Source: Cyanophyceae cyanobacterium (lineage in GTDB: Bacteria > Cyanobacteriota > Cyanobacteriia > Cyanobacteriales > Laspinemataceae). Taken from it: DNA of 64,000 nucleotides. Position 1 is the first letter of the stretch. Each line of letters opens with the position of its first letter. Positions 30,393 through 41,035 of this stretch are shown piece after piece. The DNA is taken from the NCBI GenBank assembly GCA_038321985.1, contig JBBQFN010000007.1:96001-160000 (forward strand), read 5' to 3'. The notes beneath the pieces were generated by a model. It did no database searches and was not told the DNA's origin. It saw only the letters and a program-made list of their open reading frames with translations. Both the position numbers and the translations under genes were made by a program.

Positions 30393-31832
30393 ATGAAAAG
30401 TATTAGCAAACCCGAAAAAATAGAGAAAAACTGGGGGATGGCGATCGCCTCCCCCGCCCAGGAATTTCCCCTCACTCCCCTCAAAACCATCACCGGAACC
30501 ATCCCCTCAGGATTGCGCGGAACCCTCTACCGCAATGGTCCAGGGCGTCTCACCCGAGGGGAAACCCGAGTCGGACATTGGTTTGATGGAGATGGGGCAG
30601 TTTTAGGCGTTCATTTTACCGGCAGCGAAACCCGCGCCCTCTACCGCTACGTCCAAACAGCCGGATATCAAGCCGAAGCAGCCGAGGGCCGCCTACAATT
30701 TGGCGGATATGGCACCCTTCCCCCGGGACCCATCTGGAAACGATTTGGCAAGGGGGTCAAAAATGCTGCGAATACCTCAGTAATTGCCCTCCCGGACAAA
30801 CTTTTAGCCCTCTGGGAAGGGGGACATCCCCACGGATTAGATTTAGAAACCCTAGAAACCTTCGGACTGGACAACTTAAAGGGTTTGGAACCCGACTGGC
30901 CCTATTCCGCCCACCCCAAACGCGACCCCCAAACCGGGGAAATCTATAATTTTGGCGTCACCCCGGGAAAAAACACCCAACTGCACGTTTACCGCAGCAA
31001 CAACCGGGGTTCAATCCAACAACAGGCCGCATTTGACTTGGATGGAATGCCGCTAATCCATGATTTTGTCATGGCCGGACCCTATTTAATCTTTTTTATT
31101 TCCCCCCTACGGATGAGTCTGTTACCCGCCTTGTTGCACCTAAAAAGTTTTAGCGACTGCTTAACCTGGCATCCCGAGTTAGGGACTCAGATATTGGTGA
31201 TTGACCGTTCCAGCTTAGAACTGGTGAGTCGGGGGGAAGCGGAACCCTGGTATCAGTGGCATTTCGGCAATGGTTCGGTGAATCGGGATGGAGAGATTGG
31301 ATTAGATTTGGTGCGTTATGAGGATTTTCAAACCAATCAATATCTCAAAGAATTTGCCACCTTGGAGACGGAGACGGCAGCGAAAGGGACCCTTTGCCGA
31401 GTCCGACTGAATCCCACTACCGGAAAAGTGATTACCACAGAGACGATCGTCGATCGCCACTGTGAATTTCCCACGGTAGATTTCCGAGAAGTGGGACAGG
31501 AATGGCGCTATACCTATTTATCCTTGCATCGAGAGGGGGTAGAGTTAGGGCAGGAACCATTAGGGGCGATCGGGCGCTTCGACTATCAAACCGGCCAACT
31601 GACTGAGGCCCCTATTCCCGACAACTGTTATCCGAGTGAACCGATTTACGCACCAGATGGCGATCGACCTGAACAAGGCTGGGTTTTAAGCGTGGTTTAT
31701 GATGCCAACCAGCATCAGAGTCAGGTATGGATTTTTGATGGCGATCGGTTAGATCAGGAACCGGAATGTCGGTTAGCGTTACCGGGGGTAATTCCGTTTA
31801 GCTTTCATGGAACCTGGAATCCTGGAAATTGA
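30393..31832 (+). CDS. Carotenoid oxygenase (RPE65/CCD family)
   Basis: LRGTLYRNGPG, HWFDGDG; Fe-binding His in SAHPK, IHDF, WHFGN and SFHGTW; EFP and SEPIY motifs. Confidence 0.93.
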   Translation: MKSISKPEKIEKNWGMAIASPAQEFPLTPLKTITGTIPSGLRGTLYRNGPGRLTRGETRVGHWFDGDGAVLGVHFTGSETRALYRYVQTAGYQAEAAEGRLQFGGYGTLPPGPIWKRFGKGVKNAANTSVIALPDKLLALWEGGHPHGLDLETLETFGLDNLKGLEPDWPYSAHPKRDPQTGEIYNFGVTPGKNTQLHVYRSNNRGSIQQQAAFDLDGMPLIHDFVMAGPYLIFFISPLRMSLLPALLHLKSFSDCLTWHPELGTQILVIDRSSLELVSRGEAEPWYQWHFGNGSVNRDGEIGLDLVRYEDFQTNQYLKEFATLETETAAKGTLCRVRLNPTTGKVITTETIVDRHCEFPTVDFREVGQEWRYTYLSLHREGVELGQEPLGAIGRFDYQTGQLTEAPIPDNCYPSEPIYAPDGDRPEQGWVLSVVYDANQHQSQVWIFDGDRLDQEPECRLALPGVIPFSFHGTWNPGN

Positions 31833-31856
31833 ATTGGTCCACTTATAAATCTGGTG

Positions 31857-31972
31857 GTTATAAAGAAAGCGAGCTTTTGGGGTGCGTTTGCACAGCGTGC
31901 TGTAAACTTTAAGTATACCTACGGCACCCTGCGTGAACCCTGTCCGGCACTCCCCAAAATCTACTTTATAAC
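31857..31972. repeat. Nested imperfect inverted repeat (about 116 bp) between convergent genes; MITE/SDR-like
   Basis: GTTATAAAG/CTTTATAAC outer arms, TTTTGGGGTGC/GCACTCCCCAAAA middle arms, 19-bp inner arms at 31886-31904 and 31920-31938. Confidence 0.6.
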
Positions 31973-31995
31973 TGTAGAAACTGCTAGAGCCTAAT

Positions 31996-32376
31996 TTATT
32001 CCTCTTCTGGTTCTTCTTCTATCCACCATCGAAATAATGTAGGTTCTTCCTCATTGTTAATCGTGACCAGGATTAAACTTTCACCATAAGCATTAACAAA
32101 TGAAGCCCGACAAAACCCCATTCCAGTTCCCGAACAGTCCTCAAATTCAGGATAGTCTAACTCATTAATCATTCGCTCTAACGACCCCGATAATAAATCG
32201 TTTGAGTTGGGATTTTGGTAATTAATCTGCCATCCTTCGTCTAAAATAAATTCTCTAGCTTCGCTGTAAGGCATAGACTGATGCAAATTACTAGGAACTT
32301 CTTGGGTGACTCCCGTGAAGGGCAAAAACACAATATTTAGAGCCAGTGCAATTCCTGAAAAAATCGTGTGACGCAT
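31996..32376 (-). CDS. Hypothetical secreted protein
   Basis: Signal-like N-terminus; M.Y.EAR..I...GW and CSGTGMGFC motifs. Confidence 0.7.
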   Translation of the reverse strand: MRHTIFSGIALALNIVFLPFTGVTQEVPSNLHQSMPYSEAREFILDEGWQINYQNPNSNDLLSGSLERMINELDYPEFEDCSGTGMGFCRASFVNAYGESLILVTINNEEEPTLFRWWIEEEPEEE

Positions 32377-32567
32377 GAGATTACTTTCCTTTTGGGGGAC
32401 AATCTGACAAAAGAAATTCTCCCTTTGCTAACAGTGTAAGGTGCAAAAATATGTACCCTAGGGCTTCAAAAGGAGAATTTATTAGGGGTTCAGTTAACGG
32501 TTATTACTGAATCTTTTTCTAAAGTAAAACCCTACAAGTTTTGAGCGCGGATCTTTCCTCTAGAATT

Positions 32568-33671
32568 TTACCGCCCGGAAAGGGCCGGCTCTAACCCTAA
32601 AATAGACAGCAGACGGTCTACGTCAAAATGCTCTGACATGAGTTTTCGCATAAATTCCACTTTAATTGGTTCATGTAGGCGGACTTTACCGAAAGTCTCT
32701 TCGATAATTTCTACCGTTTTCAGAGTGTCTAGGTCAACGGATAAAACTGGAACCTCGACCTCTTCAGCCCGACTTAGAATCATCGGGGTTGGAGGCATAT
32801 GTCCGGTGAGAATTAAACATTGGGTGGAAGTTTCGAGGGCGGCAAGTTGTAGTTCTGAGCGATCGCCTCCGGTAATCACCGCCATGTTTTGAGCTTGGGA
32901 GAAATACTTTAAAGCTGAGTTGACATTCATCGCCCCAATTTTCAGGGTTTCTACCATCAAATCTAGGCGATCGGGACGGCAGAGCACTTCTGCATTCAGC
33001 CGTTGCACCAACTCTCGAACGCTGACACTGCGAAGCAGATTGCTTCTCGGCAGCAAACCAAAAACGCGAATTCCTTCTTCTTCCAGAAACGGACGCAGAA
33101 TCGTCGAGGCACTAGGGAGGACTTCTTCGGGAATATCCGTGAGGACGACCCCGAGGAGGCGATCGCCTAAGCGGTCCTGTACCGATAGCAGTTCCCCTAC
33201 ATCTAGCATCGAGTGGAATCGAGCTACCAACAAAACCGAAGCCTCTATCAAGGTGGCGACTTTAGGCACAGAAAGATTAAATAACCGGCCTTGATCTAAG
33301 GTCCCAGCCCCCTCCAAAATCGTCAAGTCTCCCCCGATTTGTTGCAACGAGTTCACCAGAGTCTCGGAGTAGTCAATTTGACCGATTCCTTGCAAGCGGT
33401 TTTCCACGGTGTCCGCATCCAAAAATAGCAGGGTCTCACCCAGACGGTTATTTGGTAGATTCAAGGTTTTGGCTAAAAATCGATGGTCCTCATCAATCCC
33501 GTCATTTGCTGATTCGCTGAAACAGGTTCCCAGGGGTTTAGAATACGCAATATCGAGACCTTTGGCTTGGAATTGCTGCGCCATGCCTAGGATAATCGAT
33601 GATTTCCCGCTATAAGGCCGAGTTGATCCGATCGCAAGATATTTAGATGTTGGTTTGGCAGATGGTGGCAC
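32568..33671 (-). CDS. Phosphotransacetylase-family protein (BioD-like P-loop plus DRTGG domain, no PTA catalytic domain)
   Basis: YSGKS P-loop, ILEGAG, IGAMNV, VITGGDR, CLILTG. Confidence 0.88.
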   Translation of the reverse strand: MPPSAKPTSKYLAIGSTRPYSGKSSIILGMAQQFQAKGLDIAYSKPLGTCFSESANDGIDEDHRFLAKTLNLPNNRLGETLLFLDADTVENRLQGIGQIDYSETLVNSLQQIGGDLTILEGAGTLDQGRLFNLSVPKVATLIEASVLLVARFHSMLDVGELLSVQDRLGDRLLGVVLTDIPEEVLPSASTILRPFLEEEGIRVFGLLPRSNLLRSVSVRELVQRLNAEVLCRPDRLDLMVETLKIGAMNVNSALKYFSQAQNMAVITGGDRSELQLAALETSTQCLILTGHMPPTPMILSRAEEVEVPVLSVDLDTLKTVEIIEETFGKVRLHEPIKVEFMRKLMSEHFDVDRLLSILGLEPALSGR

Positions 33672-33857
33672 GCGCTCACTCCCTATTCTCGTGTGTGGAT
33701 AGTCAGGTTGGATTTTGGCGGCAATAAGGTAGGCGTCGGCATTACAGCAGCAGGATTACCCCAGGGGTTGCTACGGAATTAGAGGCGCTCATCCCTCATC
33801 CGCTCCTAAGCTGTCGCAGTGGCGACTGCCCCCTCATGCTAGTAGTTAGTCTTTATT

Positions 33858-34238
33858 CTAATCATCTAGTAGCAGCAGTTTCCGATAGAAGCCTTTAGAA
33901 AAATCCACCAAGTGATGCCGCTTATGACTGATAATCACATCGATTAAGTGGTCAATAAACTCAAAATTTGCCATTGTCACTTCATAACTGAGGTCGGCAT
34001 TCCCATCAAACTGGATGCGGCAACGGGTGAGATCCGCAGGGAGAGAGGAAACGTGCCAGCTTGCCACAAATGGAATATTTTCACCGCCTTCTATTTTGCG
34101 CTCCCCCTCCAAATTGCCTTGGCGATAGAGGCTAATCGCTCTCGGTAACACCGCTCGCTTATTGCCTTGGTAGTAAGGCACATATACCCCTATTTCCCGA
34201 TTGTCAGCAGGCTGAAGTTGATCGAGGTTATTACCCAT
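33858..34238 (-). CDS. ebsA: Type IV pilus / secretion accessory protein EbsA
   Basis: VY.PYYQG.KR..LP.AI.LY..G.LEGER.IEGG..IPF.A.W and T.C..QFD..A.LSYE pattern; usual neighbour of the DRTGG gene. Confidence 0.85.
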   Translation of the reverse strand: MGNNLDQLQPADNREIGVYVPYYQGNKRAVLPRAISLYRQGNLEGERKIEGGENIPFVASWHVSSLPADLTRCRIQFDGNADLSYEVTMANFEFIDHLIDVIISHKRHHLVDFSKGFYRKLLLLDD

Positions 34239-34802
34239 GCTCGCTGCTCCTTCTAGTCCAGTATCAATAAAAAGTGTAGTGGAGAAGGGGTGAGGGAAAT
34301 TGAATTCTTCAGGTCATGATTCCTGTAATTTCATCCTCAACTCTAGCGATTGTTGAACTCCGATCGCCCTTGTCCAGACACAGACTCTCTTGGCAAGGGA
34401 GTTGGGGAGAGGTCTCTTGTTGTGATTTGCGAACAAAATCAAGACCCAGAGGAGGGGACCAGATGAGGGTGTCGGCGTTTCTCTGACTTAGAAGACGGAA
34501 TCTTGCCCAATTGCAGCAACGAGTTAGAAAAATAACAATCAGGGATACAATAAAACAACATTAAGGTTTCTCTAAGCTCCCAGCAATCCAGTTTTGTCTT
34601 GCTTTTAAGCGGTAGAGACCGGATCCCTAAAATTCCCAATCGTGAGCAGCAGTCTGTCCGCGATCGCCAGGACCCGATTAGCATTTCCAATCCCCTAGGG
34701 GATAACTTGGCGCAGGACTAACGACTGCAATCACTGCCACGGTCTGGGGTCTGGCTGCTTAGAAACCACTGAACCTGTATTGCTTTTTTAACTAAGTAAA
34801 CT

Positions 34803-36224
34803 ATGCCGGCGAATTCCTGGCCCGAAAACAATTCCTTTGAGGAATTCGAGCCTCTTCATTCGATTTTGTCTGCCTTTGAAAACTCTGATGAGGTAGAAGA
34901 CTTTTCCTATCGGGGGTATCTAGGTCGCCGACGTAAAGCGGCGTTCTTGCTGTTGGGGATTTGCATTCTCACCCTGGCACTGCATCTTTTTTCCTGGGGA
35001 TATTGGCTGGTGTTGGGCTTTACCGGACTCTTAGGACTCCATGGGATTCGGATTGCCCGGGCCAGAGTATTCCCTACCCCACAACCCCTAGACCCGGAAA
35101 ACCGGGAACACTGGCCGCAAGTTTCCTTGCTAGTGGCGGCTAAAAACGAAGAAGCCGTAATTAGTAAGCTGATTGATGTCCTGTGCAATCTGGATTACCC
35201 GCGCGATCGCTATGAAGTTTGGGCGATCGACGATAACAGTAGCGATCGCACCCCAGAAGTGTTAAAGCAACTGGCCCAAAAATATGACAACCTCAATGTG
35301 TTTCGGCGTTCTGGGGACGCGACTGGGGGAAAATCTGGGGCGCTCAATCAAGTCATCCCTCTGACCCACGGGGAATTTCTAGGGGTATTTGATGCCGATG
35401 CTCAAGTCTCCCCGGATTTTCTGCAAAGGGTCCTGCCGACGTTCCATCCGCCCCAAGTGGGGGCCGTGCAGATGCGAAAGGCGATCGCCAATCCCTCGGT
35501 CAATTTCTGGACGCGCGGGCAAGTGGCAGAAATGGCTCTGGATAGCTATTTCCAGCAGCAGCGTATCGCCCTCGGTGGCATTGGTGAACTGCGCGGTAAC
35601 GGCCAATTTATCCGTCGTCAAGCCCTCGATCGCTGTGGAGGTTTCAATGAAGAAACCATCACCGATGACCTGGATTTGACCATGCGTCTACATTTGGACC
35701 GTTGGGATGTCCAATTTATCACCGTCCCAGTCAAAGAGGAGGGAGTCACCCGTGCTCAGGCACTGTGGCATCAACGCAATCGCTGGGGAGAAGGGGGGTA
35801 TCAGCGCTATTTAGACTATTGGCGGCTGATTTTCAGCGATCGCCTGCCCCTAAACAAATCCGGGGATATGTTCGCCTTTTGGATTATCCAATATTTCCTC
35901 CCAGCAGCGGCAATTCCCGATTTGATCCTGGCGATCGCCCTCAAACGTCTCCCCATTTACAGCCCCTTGACCACCCTTGCCATGAGTCTTTCCCTCGTGG
36001 GAATGTTTATTGGTCTAAGGCGCATCGAACGGGAAACCCATGCAACTATCAAATCTCGCCGGACTCCGGCGATCGGGACCTTAATCCAAACCCTGCGCGG
36101 TATTCTTTATATGCTGCACTGGCTGGTGGTGATTTCCAGTATCACCTTGCGGATTTCTGTCCGTCCTAAACGGCTTAAATGGGTCAAAACCGTTCATCAA
36201 GGCACTGGAGAAATACCCGCGTAA
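34803..36224 (+). CDS. mgdA: Monoglucosyldiacylglycerol synthase (GT2)
   Basis: MPANSWP N-terminus, GRR.KAA, VAAKNEE, DD.S.D, GGKSGALN, FDADA, ELRGNG, TDDLD, QRNRW. Confidence 0.88.
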   Translation: MPANSWPENNSFEEFEPLHSILSAFENSDEVEDFSYRGYLGRRRKAAFLLLGICILTLALHLFSWGYWLVLGFTGLLGLHGIRIARARVFPTPQPLDPENREHWPQVSLLVAAKNEEAVISKLIDVLCNLDYPRDRYEVWAIDDNSSDRTPEVLKQLAQKYDNLNVFRRSGDATGGKSGALNQVIPLTHGEFLGVFDADAQVSPDFLQRVLPTFHPPQVGAVQMRKAIANPSVNFWTRGQVAEMALDSYFQQQRIALGGIGELRGNGQFIRRQALDRCGGFNEETITDDLDLTMRLHLDRWDVQFITVPVKEEGVTRAQALWHQRNRWGEGGYQRYLDYWRLIFSDRLPLNKSGDMFAFWIIQYFLPAAAIPDLILAIALKRLPIYSPLTTLAMSLSLVGMFIGLRRIERETHATIKSRRTPAIGTLIQTLRGILYMLHWLVVISSITLRISVRPKRLKWVKTVHQGTGEIPA

Positions 36225-36318
36225 TTTCCCTCCCGAGGCGCGTATCCCTCCTCCTGACTCGGGGTCGGGTTTCCCCGTGAGAGATTGTTTATCCAAAATC
36301 CAATAGACCCCGTAACCT

Positions 36319-36385
36319 AGAAACCGGGTTTCTGAATAGATATTTGAGTCATAACCTGACCCATTTTCTTAGAAACCCGGTTTCT
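36319..36385. repeat. Inverted pair of 15-bp near-palindromes AGAAACCGGGTTTCT / AGAAACCCGGTTTCT
   Basis: 36319-36333 and 36371-36385 are exact reverse complements with a 37-bp spacer, between convergent mgdA and dnaX. Confidence 0.8.
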
Positions 36386-36412
36386 TTGCGTCAGTTGTCC
36401 TAAAAATTCCCC

Positions 36413-38566
36413 TCAAAAATCCAATCCCCCGAAAGGATCATCGTCTAATTCAGGCTGACTGGGGCTATCTGTAAACTTATCGACTTCCCCCTCCAGGGAT
36501 ATGGGAGTCTGAACATCCCAGGTATGACTCGATTCTGTCTCTGTTGTCCTATCCCTTGCCTTTGCCTGCGGGTCATCCGGGAGGGGAATTAATTTTCCAT
36601 TAAAATGATTGCTAAATCGTTGAGCAGCGAGCATTACCTCATCTTCATCGGTCTGCTCATTCCGTGGAATATCCCGTTTTCCGGACGCGCCAACGGACAC
36701 TGGAGGGCGGTTTTCTTGCCCTCTACCCGTCTCAATTCGGGAGTCAGGAGTGGGGGGTTGACTGGGTGAATTCCCGGCACTGGGTGGACCTTGCGGGGCG
36801 AAGTTTGCCTGTCCATTGCCAATTGGAGCAGCCGGTGGCTCCACCCTTGCTGCTGGGGGTTCTGAATGGCTAGGGGCGATCGCTCCAGAAGCCGGAGGAG
36901 GTGCCTCCCCAGACACCTGAATCATCACTTTGACTCGGAGATTAAACGCCTTAAAAAAGGCTGCTTCCATTTCAGATACCTTACTCTGAGCCATCTTAAA
37001 AAGGTTCGGTGAACGAATGGCAATATGAGCCTGATGGTTACTGAACTCAATCAGCCGTCCATGTTGATTCAACAGGGCTTTACTGCCTAGAGAAAGGTAT
37101 TGCAGCAAGGTTTGCCAGGTTTGTTCGAGGTTACCACTTGGTTCTACAGCCGCCGGTTCCGGGTTCCCAGACCCCTGAATCGGTGCCGATGCCGGGGGAG
37201 AGCTAGGGCGATTCTCCTGGGGAGATGCTTCGCCAACGCCTCCGGATGGTGACCCCGAATTCCCGGAGTCCATCCCTGGGGGGTTTCTCCGGTCGATTCT
37301 CTGGGATTCTGGTCCCTGTGTAGTTGCAGACTGGGTTGCTGTCTCCGTTGACGGAGTGCGTGGCGGTGGTGAAGTCGGAGTGACGGAAGGAGATTGCCCG
37401 GGTGATGCCAAATTTCCACCCCCTCGACTGGGGGCTGAACCCGATGCTTCCTGCCTGCCCTGACTTGGCGTAATTAAAGCAGAGGGTAATAATCCCAACA
37501 GGGTCACCTCTAACCACAAGCGAGGCTGAGTGGTATTTTTAATTTGGGCTTCGCTGCTGCGTAAATGTTCTTGACCCGCTAAAATGGCTGGCATTTCCCA
37601 TTGCTGCGCCACTGCACACAACTGTTCCCAAGTCGGAGGCGTAACGGCGACCAAATCTTGACGATGGGGGGCGGTGTGAGCAATTAATAAATCTCGATAA
37701 AACCCGGCCAAATTTTGTAAAACAATCAGAGGTTCTCGACCCCGATTCATCAATTCTCGGACTTTATCAAGAACTTGTTCAGCATTATCAGCGGCGATCG
37801 CCTCCAACAACTGAATCAAATCTCGCTCCGGGACCGAACCCACCAAATCCCAAACCCGTTCTACCGTAACCTGTTCTTCCAGCAAGGAAAGCTGGTCCAG
37901 TAGGCTTTCTGCATCCCGGAGTCCCCCCTGAGCAATTTGAGCGACCGTCAGTACCGCCTCATCACTGATATTAATCGTTTCCTTGCCAGCAATATGCTTA
38001 AGATGATCCACCATTGCTGTAACCGGAATGCGTCGAAAATCAAATCGCTGACAACGAGAAATAATCGTGGGTAAAACTCGTTGGGGGTCAGTGGTTGCTA
38101 ATACAAATACTACCCGATCCGGCGGTTCTTCTAAGGTCTTGAGCAGCGCATTGAAAGCTGCTGTACTGAGCATATGAACTTCATCTATAATGTAAACTTT
38201 ATAGCGACTTTGTACCGGGGAAAATTGGACTCGTTCGATGAGTTCACGAATGTTATCCACCCCCGTATTACTGGCAGCGTCAATCTCAATAGTGTCTAAT
38301 GAGCTGCCTCTAGCAATGGTGCGGCAAACTTCACATTGACCGCAGGGGGTCTCGGTGGGCCCGTTGGTGTTGAGGCAGTTGAGGGATTTGGCGAGAATAC
38401 GGGCGCTAGAAGTCTTGCCGGTGCCTCTGGGTCCGGTAAACAGATAGGCGGGTGCGATTCTATTTTGGCGAATCGCGTTCGTCAGGGTGGTGGCGATCGC
38501 CTCTTGTCCCACCAAATCAGCAAAGGTTTGGGGGCGATATTTGTGGTGTAGCGGTTCGTATGGCAT
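36413..38566 (-). CDS. dnaX: DNA polymerase III subunit gamma/tau
   Basis: LHHKYRPQTF, GPRGTGKT, Zn Cys cluster, EIDAAS, DEVHML, SRC; Pro/Ser-rich C-terminal linkers. Confidence 0.97.
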   Translation of the reverse strand: MPYEPLHHKYRPQTFADLVGQEAIATTLTNAIRQNRIAPAYLFTGPRGTGKTSSARILAKSLNCLNTNGPTETPCGQCEVCRTIARGSSLDTIEIDAASNTGVDNIRELIERVQFSPVQSRYKVYIIDEVHMLSTAAFNALLKTLEEPPDRVVFVLATTDPQRVLPTIISRCQRFDFRRIPVTAMVDHLKHIAGKETINISDEAVLTVAQIAQGGLRDAESLLDQLSLLEEQVTVERVWDLVGSVPERDLIQLLEAIAADNAEQVLDKVRELMNRGREPLIVLQNLAGFYRDLLIAHTAPHRQDLVAVTPPTWEQLCAVAQQWEMPAILAGQEHLRSSEAQIKNTTQPRLWLEVTLLGLLPSALITPSQGRQEASGSAPSRGGGNLASPGQSPSVTPTSPPPRTPSTETATQSATTQGPESQRIDRRNPPGMDSGNSGSPSGGVGEASPQENRPSSPPASAPIQGSGNPEPAAVEPSGNLEQTWQTLLQYLSLGSKALLNQHGRLIEFSNHQAHIAIRSPNLFKMAQSKVSEMEAAFFKAFNLRVKVMIQVSGEAPPPASGAIAPSHSEPPAARVEPPAAPIGNGQANFAPQGPPSAGNSPSQPPTPDSRIETGRGQENRPPVSVGASGKRDIPRNEQTDEDEVMLAAQRFSNHFNGKLIPLPDDPQAKARDRTTETESSHTWDVQTPISLEGEVDKFTDSPSQPELDDDPFGGLDF

Positions 38567-39197
38567 GGATGAGGAAAAATATCAGCAGACAATAGACAAT
38601 TAATGTTGAATCATAGAGGCAATGGCCGTTTTAACCCCAAAGCCAGGAATAACCGCAGCTAGAGAGACCTCTGGGGTTAGGGAGAGGCCGTAAATATCCA
38701 CAGAAGGCGCGATCGCCCCTCCAGTATTCCCCAGTTTCTACTCATTCCCCTCTAAACCCACTCCCGGTTGCAACCTGTCGTTTTTAACCCTAAATCCGGC
38801 TCCCCTCTGCGGTTTTAGGGGAGGGGGTTCGAGGTAAAGGGTCTAGTCCAGTTCTCAATTTCGACTAGAGTTGATCTGTGAAAAATTTGCATTTTTTTTA
38901 CCGAGGGAAAAAGGCTCCCAATCTGCGATTTTAAAGGGAAAAGCACTAATCCCCACTCTAAAATAGAATAGCACTGGCCTATTGGCTTCTTACCCATTTC
39001 GATAGATATGCGCGATACAGAACACATATTAGGATTGGGCAGGAAACCCTCCAGATGCACCAGGGCTAGCCCAGACTCGGGAGGGAGGATGTTGATAAGA
39101 TTGCAAGAGCTACGCAAGTCAGCAGCGGAAAAATGCAGTAATTCTTCGGACAGGGCAACGTGCAAGGGATCCGCAGGGACACAGGGATGGGGTTTAG

Positions 39198-40502
39198 ATG
39201 ATGCAGTTCATGCAAAGGGTTGTAAAAACTTTAGGCCGAATCCGTCAGCAGCTCATCCAGTTGTGGCAACAATGGCTTTACAGACTGTGGCCTCAGTCGT
39301 TCCCCAAAAATCCGAAAAGTCGAGTTCAGCAAACGACCAAACCTCTATCGGCGGCAGAGTACGAATTTCTGTTTTCTGAATTACTCGATGGGGTACATCG
39401 AGGGTGGAGTCAGGCCCAGGTTACCCAATTTCTGAAAGAAATCGGGCCAGAGTCTTCGGTTAACGGGGAGGGTTTTGTCAAGGGTTGGGGGGTTGAGGGG
39501 TCGGAAAATCAGGCGTATGTGCTCTGGTTGCAGGAGTTTGGCACTCGCCTCCTTAATTCCCCAGTGCCGAATCAGGAATTGGCAAGGCGCATGGTGGGGT
39601 TGGGAGAGCTAAATTGTGGCAAACTCTCAGCCGTGGCTGGAGAAATTGGTCAAAATTTGCTCGATCGCAACACTCCAGCGCAATCTCAACCTGAAGCACT
39701 CCCCCCTAAGCCGGAATTTCCCTCAGAATTCAGCCTAAAACAGTATTTGCAACTTGGACATACCCACCTCGATCGCCGTCAATATCCTTCAGCTTTAACC
39801 ACCTTTGAGCAAGCTGCAAAGCAGTGTCCGAAGCACCCAGAAGTCTTATATGGTTTAGGGTTAGTCTGTCACCGAATGGGACTCTATGAAGAAGCGATCG
39901 CCCATTTAACAGAGGCATTGGAACAGAATCCTGAGTTTGTAGCGGCCCTGACTCAACGGGGGTTGGCATATAAGGCCGTAGATGATTTAGACCCAGCCAA
40001 GGCGGATTTTGAGGGCGCTGTAGCCATTAAACCGCGATCGCCCCAGGAGTGCTGTGCTAGAGGCAAAGCCCTGATGCAGTTAGAGCAACAGTCCGAGGCG
40101 ATCGCCGCTTATGAACAAGCACTAGAAAACAATCCAGAGTCTCATCACGGCTGGTATGACTGGGGAAATGTCCTTTATGACTTGCAGCGTTACTCTGAGG
40201 CGATCGCGGCTTATGACAAAGCCTTGGAACTACAACCGCACTATGCAGCGGCTTGGTTTAATCGTGGGGCCGCCTTGGGGAACCTGCACCGTTATGCTGA
40301 GGCGATCGCCGCTTTCGAGAAACTCTTAGAAATCCAGTCCCATGATTATCATGGCTGGTTGTGCCTAGGTCAAACCCTGGAACGGTTAAATCGGATTCAG
40401 GAGGCGATCGCGGCTTATGAACGTGCCTTGCAACTTCGACCCGATGACCCCATAGCCTGGAGATACCGCAACGCGGCACTCACCCTCACTAAAAAAAGCT
40501 AG
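39198..40502 (+). CDS. Tetratricopeptide repeat protein with N-terminal extension
   Basis: C-terminal TPR array (AIAAY..AL...P). Confidence 0.88.
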   Translation: MMQFMQRVVKTLGRIRQQLIQLWQQWLYRLWPQSFPKNPKSRVQQTTKPLSAAEYEFLFSELLDGVHRGWSQAQVTQFLKEIGPESSVNGEGFVKGWGVEGSENQAYVLWLQEFGTRLLNSPVPNQELARRMVGLGELNCGKLSAVAGEIGQNLLDRNTPAQSQPEALPPKPEFPSEFSLKQYLQLGHTHLDRRQYPSALTTFEQAAKQCPKHPEVLYGLGLVCHRMGLYEEAIAHLTEALEQNPEFVAALTQRGLAYKAVDDLDPAKADFEGAVAIKPRSPQECCARGKALMQLEQQSEAIAAYEQALENNPESHHGWYDWGNVLYDLQRYSEAIAAYDKALELQPHYAAAWFNRGAALGNLHRYAEAIAAFEKLLEIQSHDYHGWLCLGQTLERLNRIQEAIAAYERALQLRPDDPIAWRYRNAALTLTKKS

Positions 40503-40627
40503 GAAGGCGATTGGCCTAACCTAGCTTTTCCCCGGAGGGACCAGGACGTATTATTTAACCGGACATCACGGTTCACGAGGCTGCAAAGACCTCAACCCTC
40601 ACCAGACGCATCACCGGCGATCCCCGG

Positions 40628-41035
40628 TTAACCCGTACCCTGGTTCGTGTTTTCATGGGAGTGGACCCGACCTAGGGGGGAACTCGGTATCCCGTGTCCT
40701 TCTTGGGCGTACCGTTGCCAGAGTTGAGCTAAATCTTGAGCTTGTCCCTGGAACTCCGGATGAACCTGATACATTCGTCTCGGTCGTCCCCGGCCTTCAA
40801 CCTTTTTCCAATAACCCTTAATGACTCTTTCATTTTCTAAAAATTTCAGAGCGCTGTAGAGTACCGTGTCCGAAAGTCGATAGGCCGGATATTCCCGCTC
40901 TAATTGCTGAATTAGTTCCGTGCCATAGGAGTCACCCGCCAATAAAACTGACAGAACATAACACACCGTCAGTTCTTTATTCAGATAAATGGGCGGAGGG
41001 TTTTGAAAAAAGTCATAGATCTCTTCAAAATTCAT
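40628..41035 (-). CDS. pex: PadR-family winged-helix regulator Pex (circadian period extender)
   Basis: IY.FFQNPPP.YL.KEL.VCYVL, SYGTELI, YRLSDTVLY.ALKFLE, GRGRPRRMY; ATG 41035. Confidence 0.9.
   Translation of the reverse strand: MNFEEIYDFFQNPPPIYLNKELTVCYVLSVLLAGDSYGTELIQQLEREYPAYRLSDTVLYSALKFLENERVIKGYWKKVEGRGRPRRMYQVHPEFQGQAQDLAQLWQRYAQEGHGIPSSPLGRVHSHENTNQGTG

Noticed and set aside
38160..38200. Intein in dnaX, as found in some cyanobacteria
   Set aside because: The Walker B region reads IIDEVHMLS without interruption; no splicing motifs.
38815..39379. 116-aa and 123-aa ORFs between dnaX and the TPR gene, and the many antisense/overlapping ORFs in the track
   Set aside because: They overlap each other or well-supported genes and show no protein-family signal.
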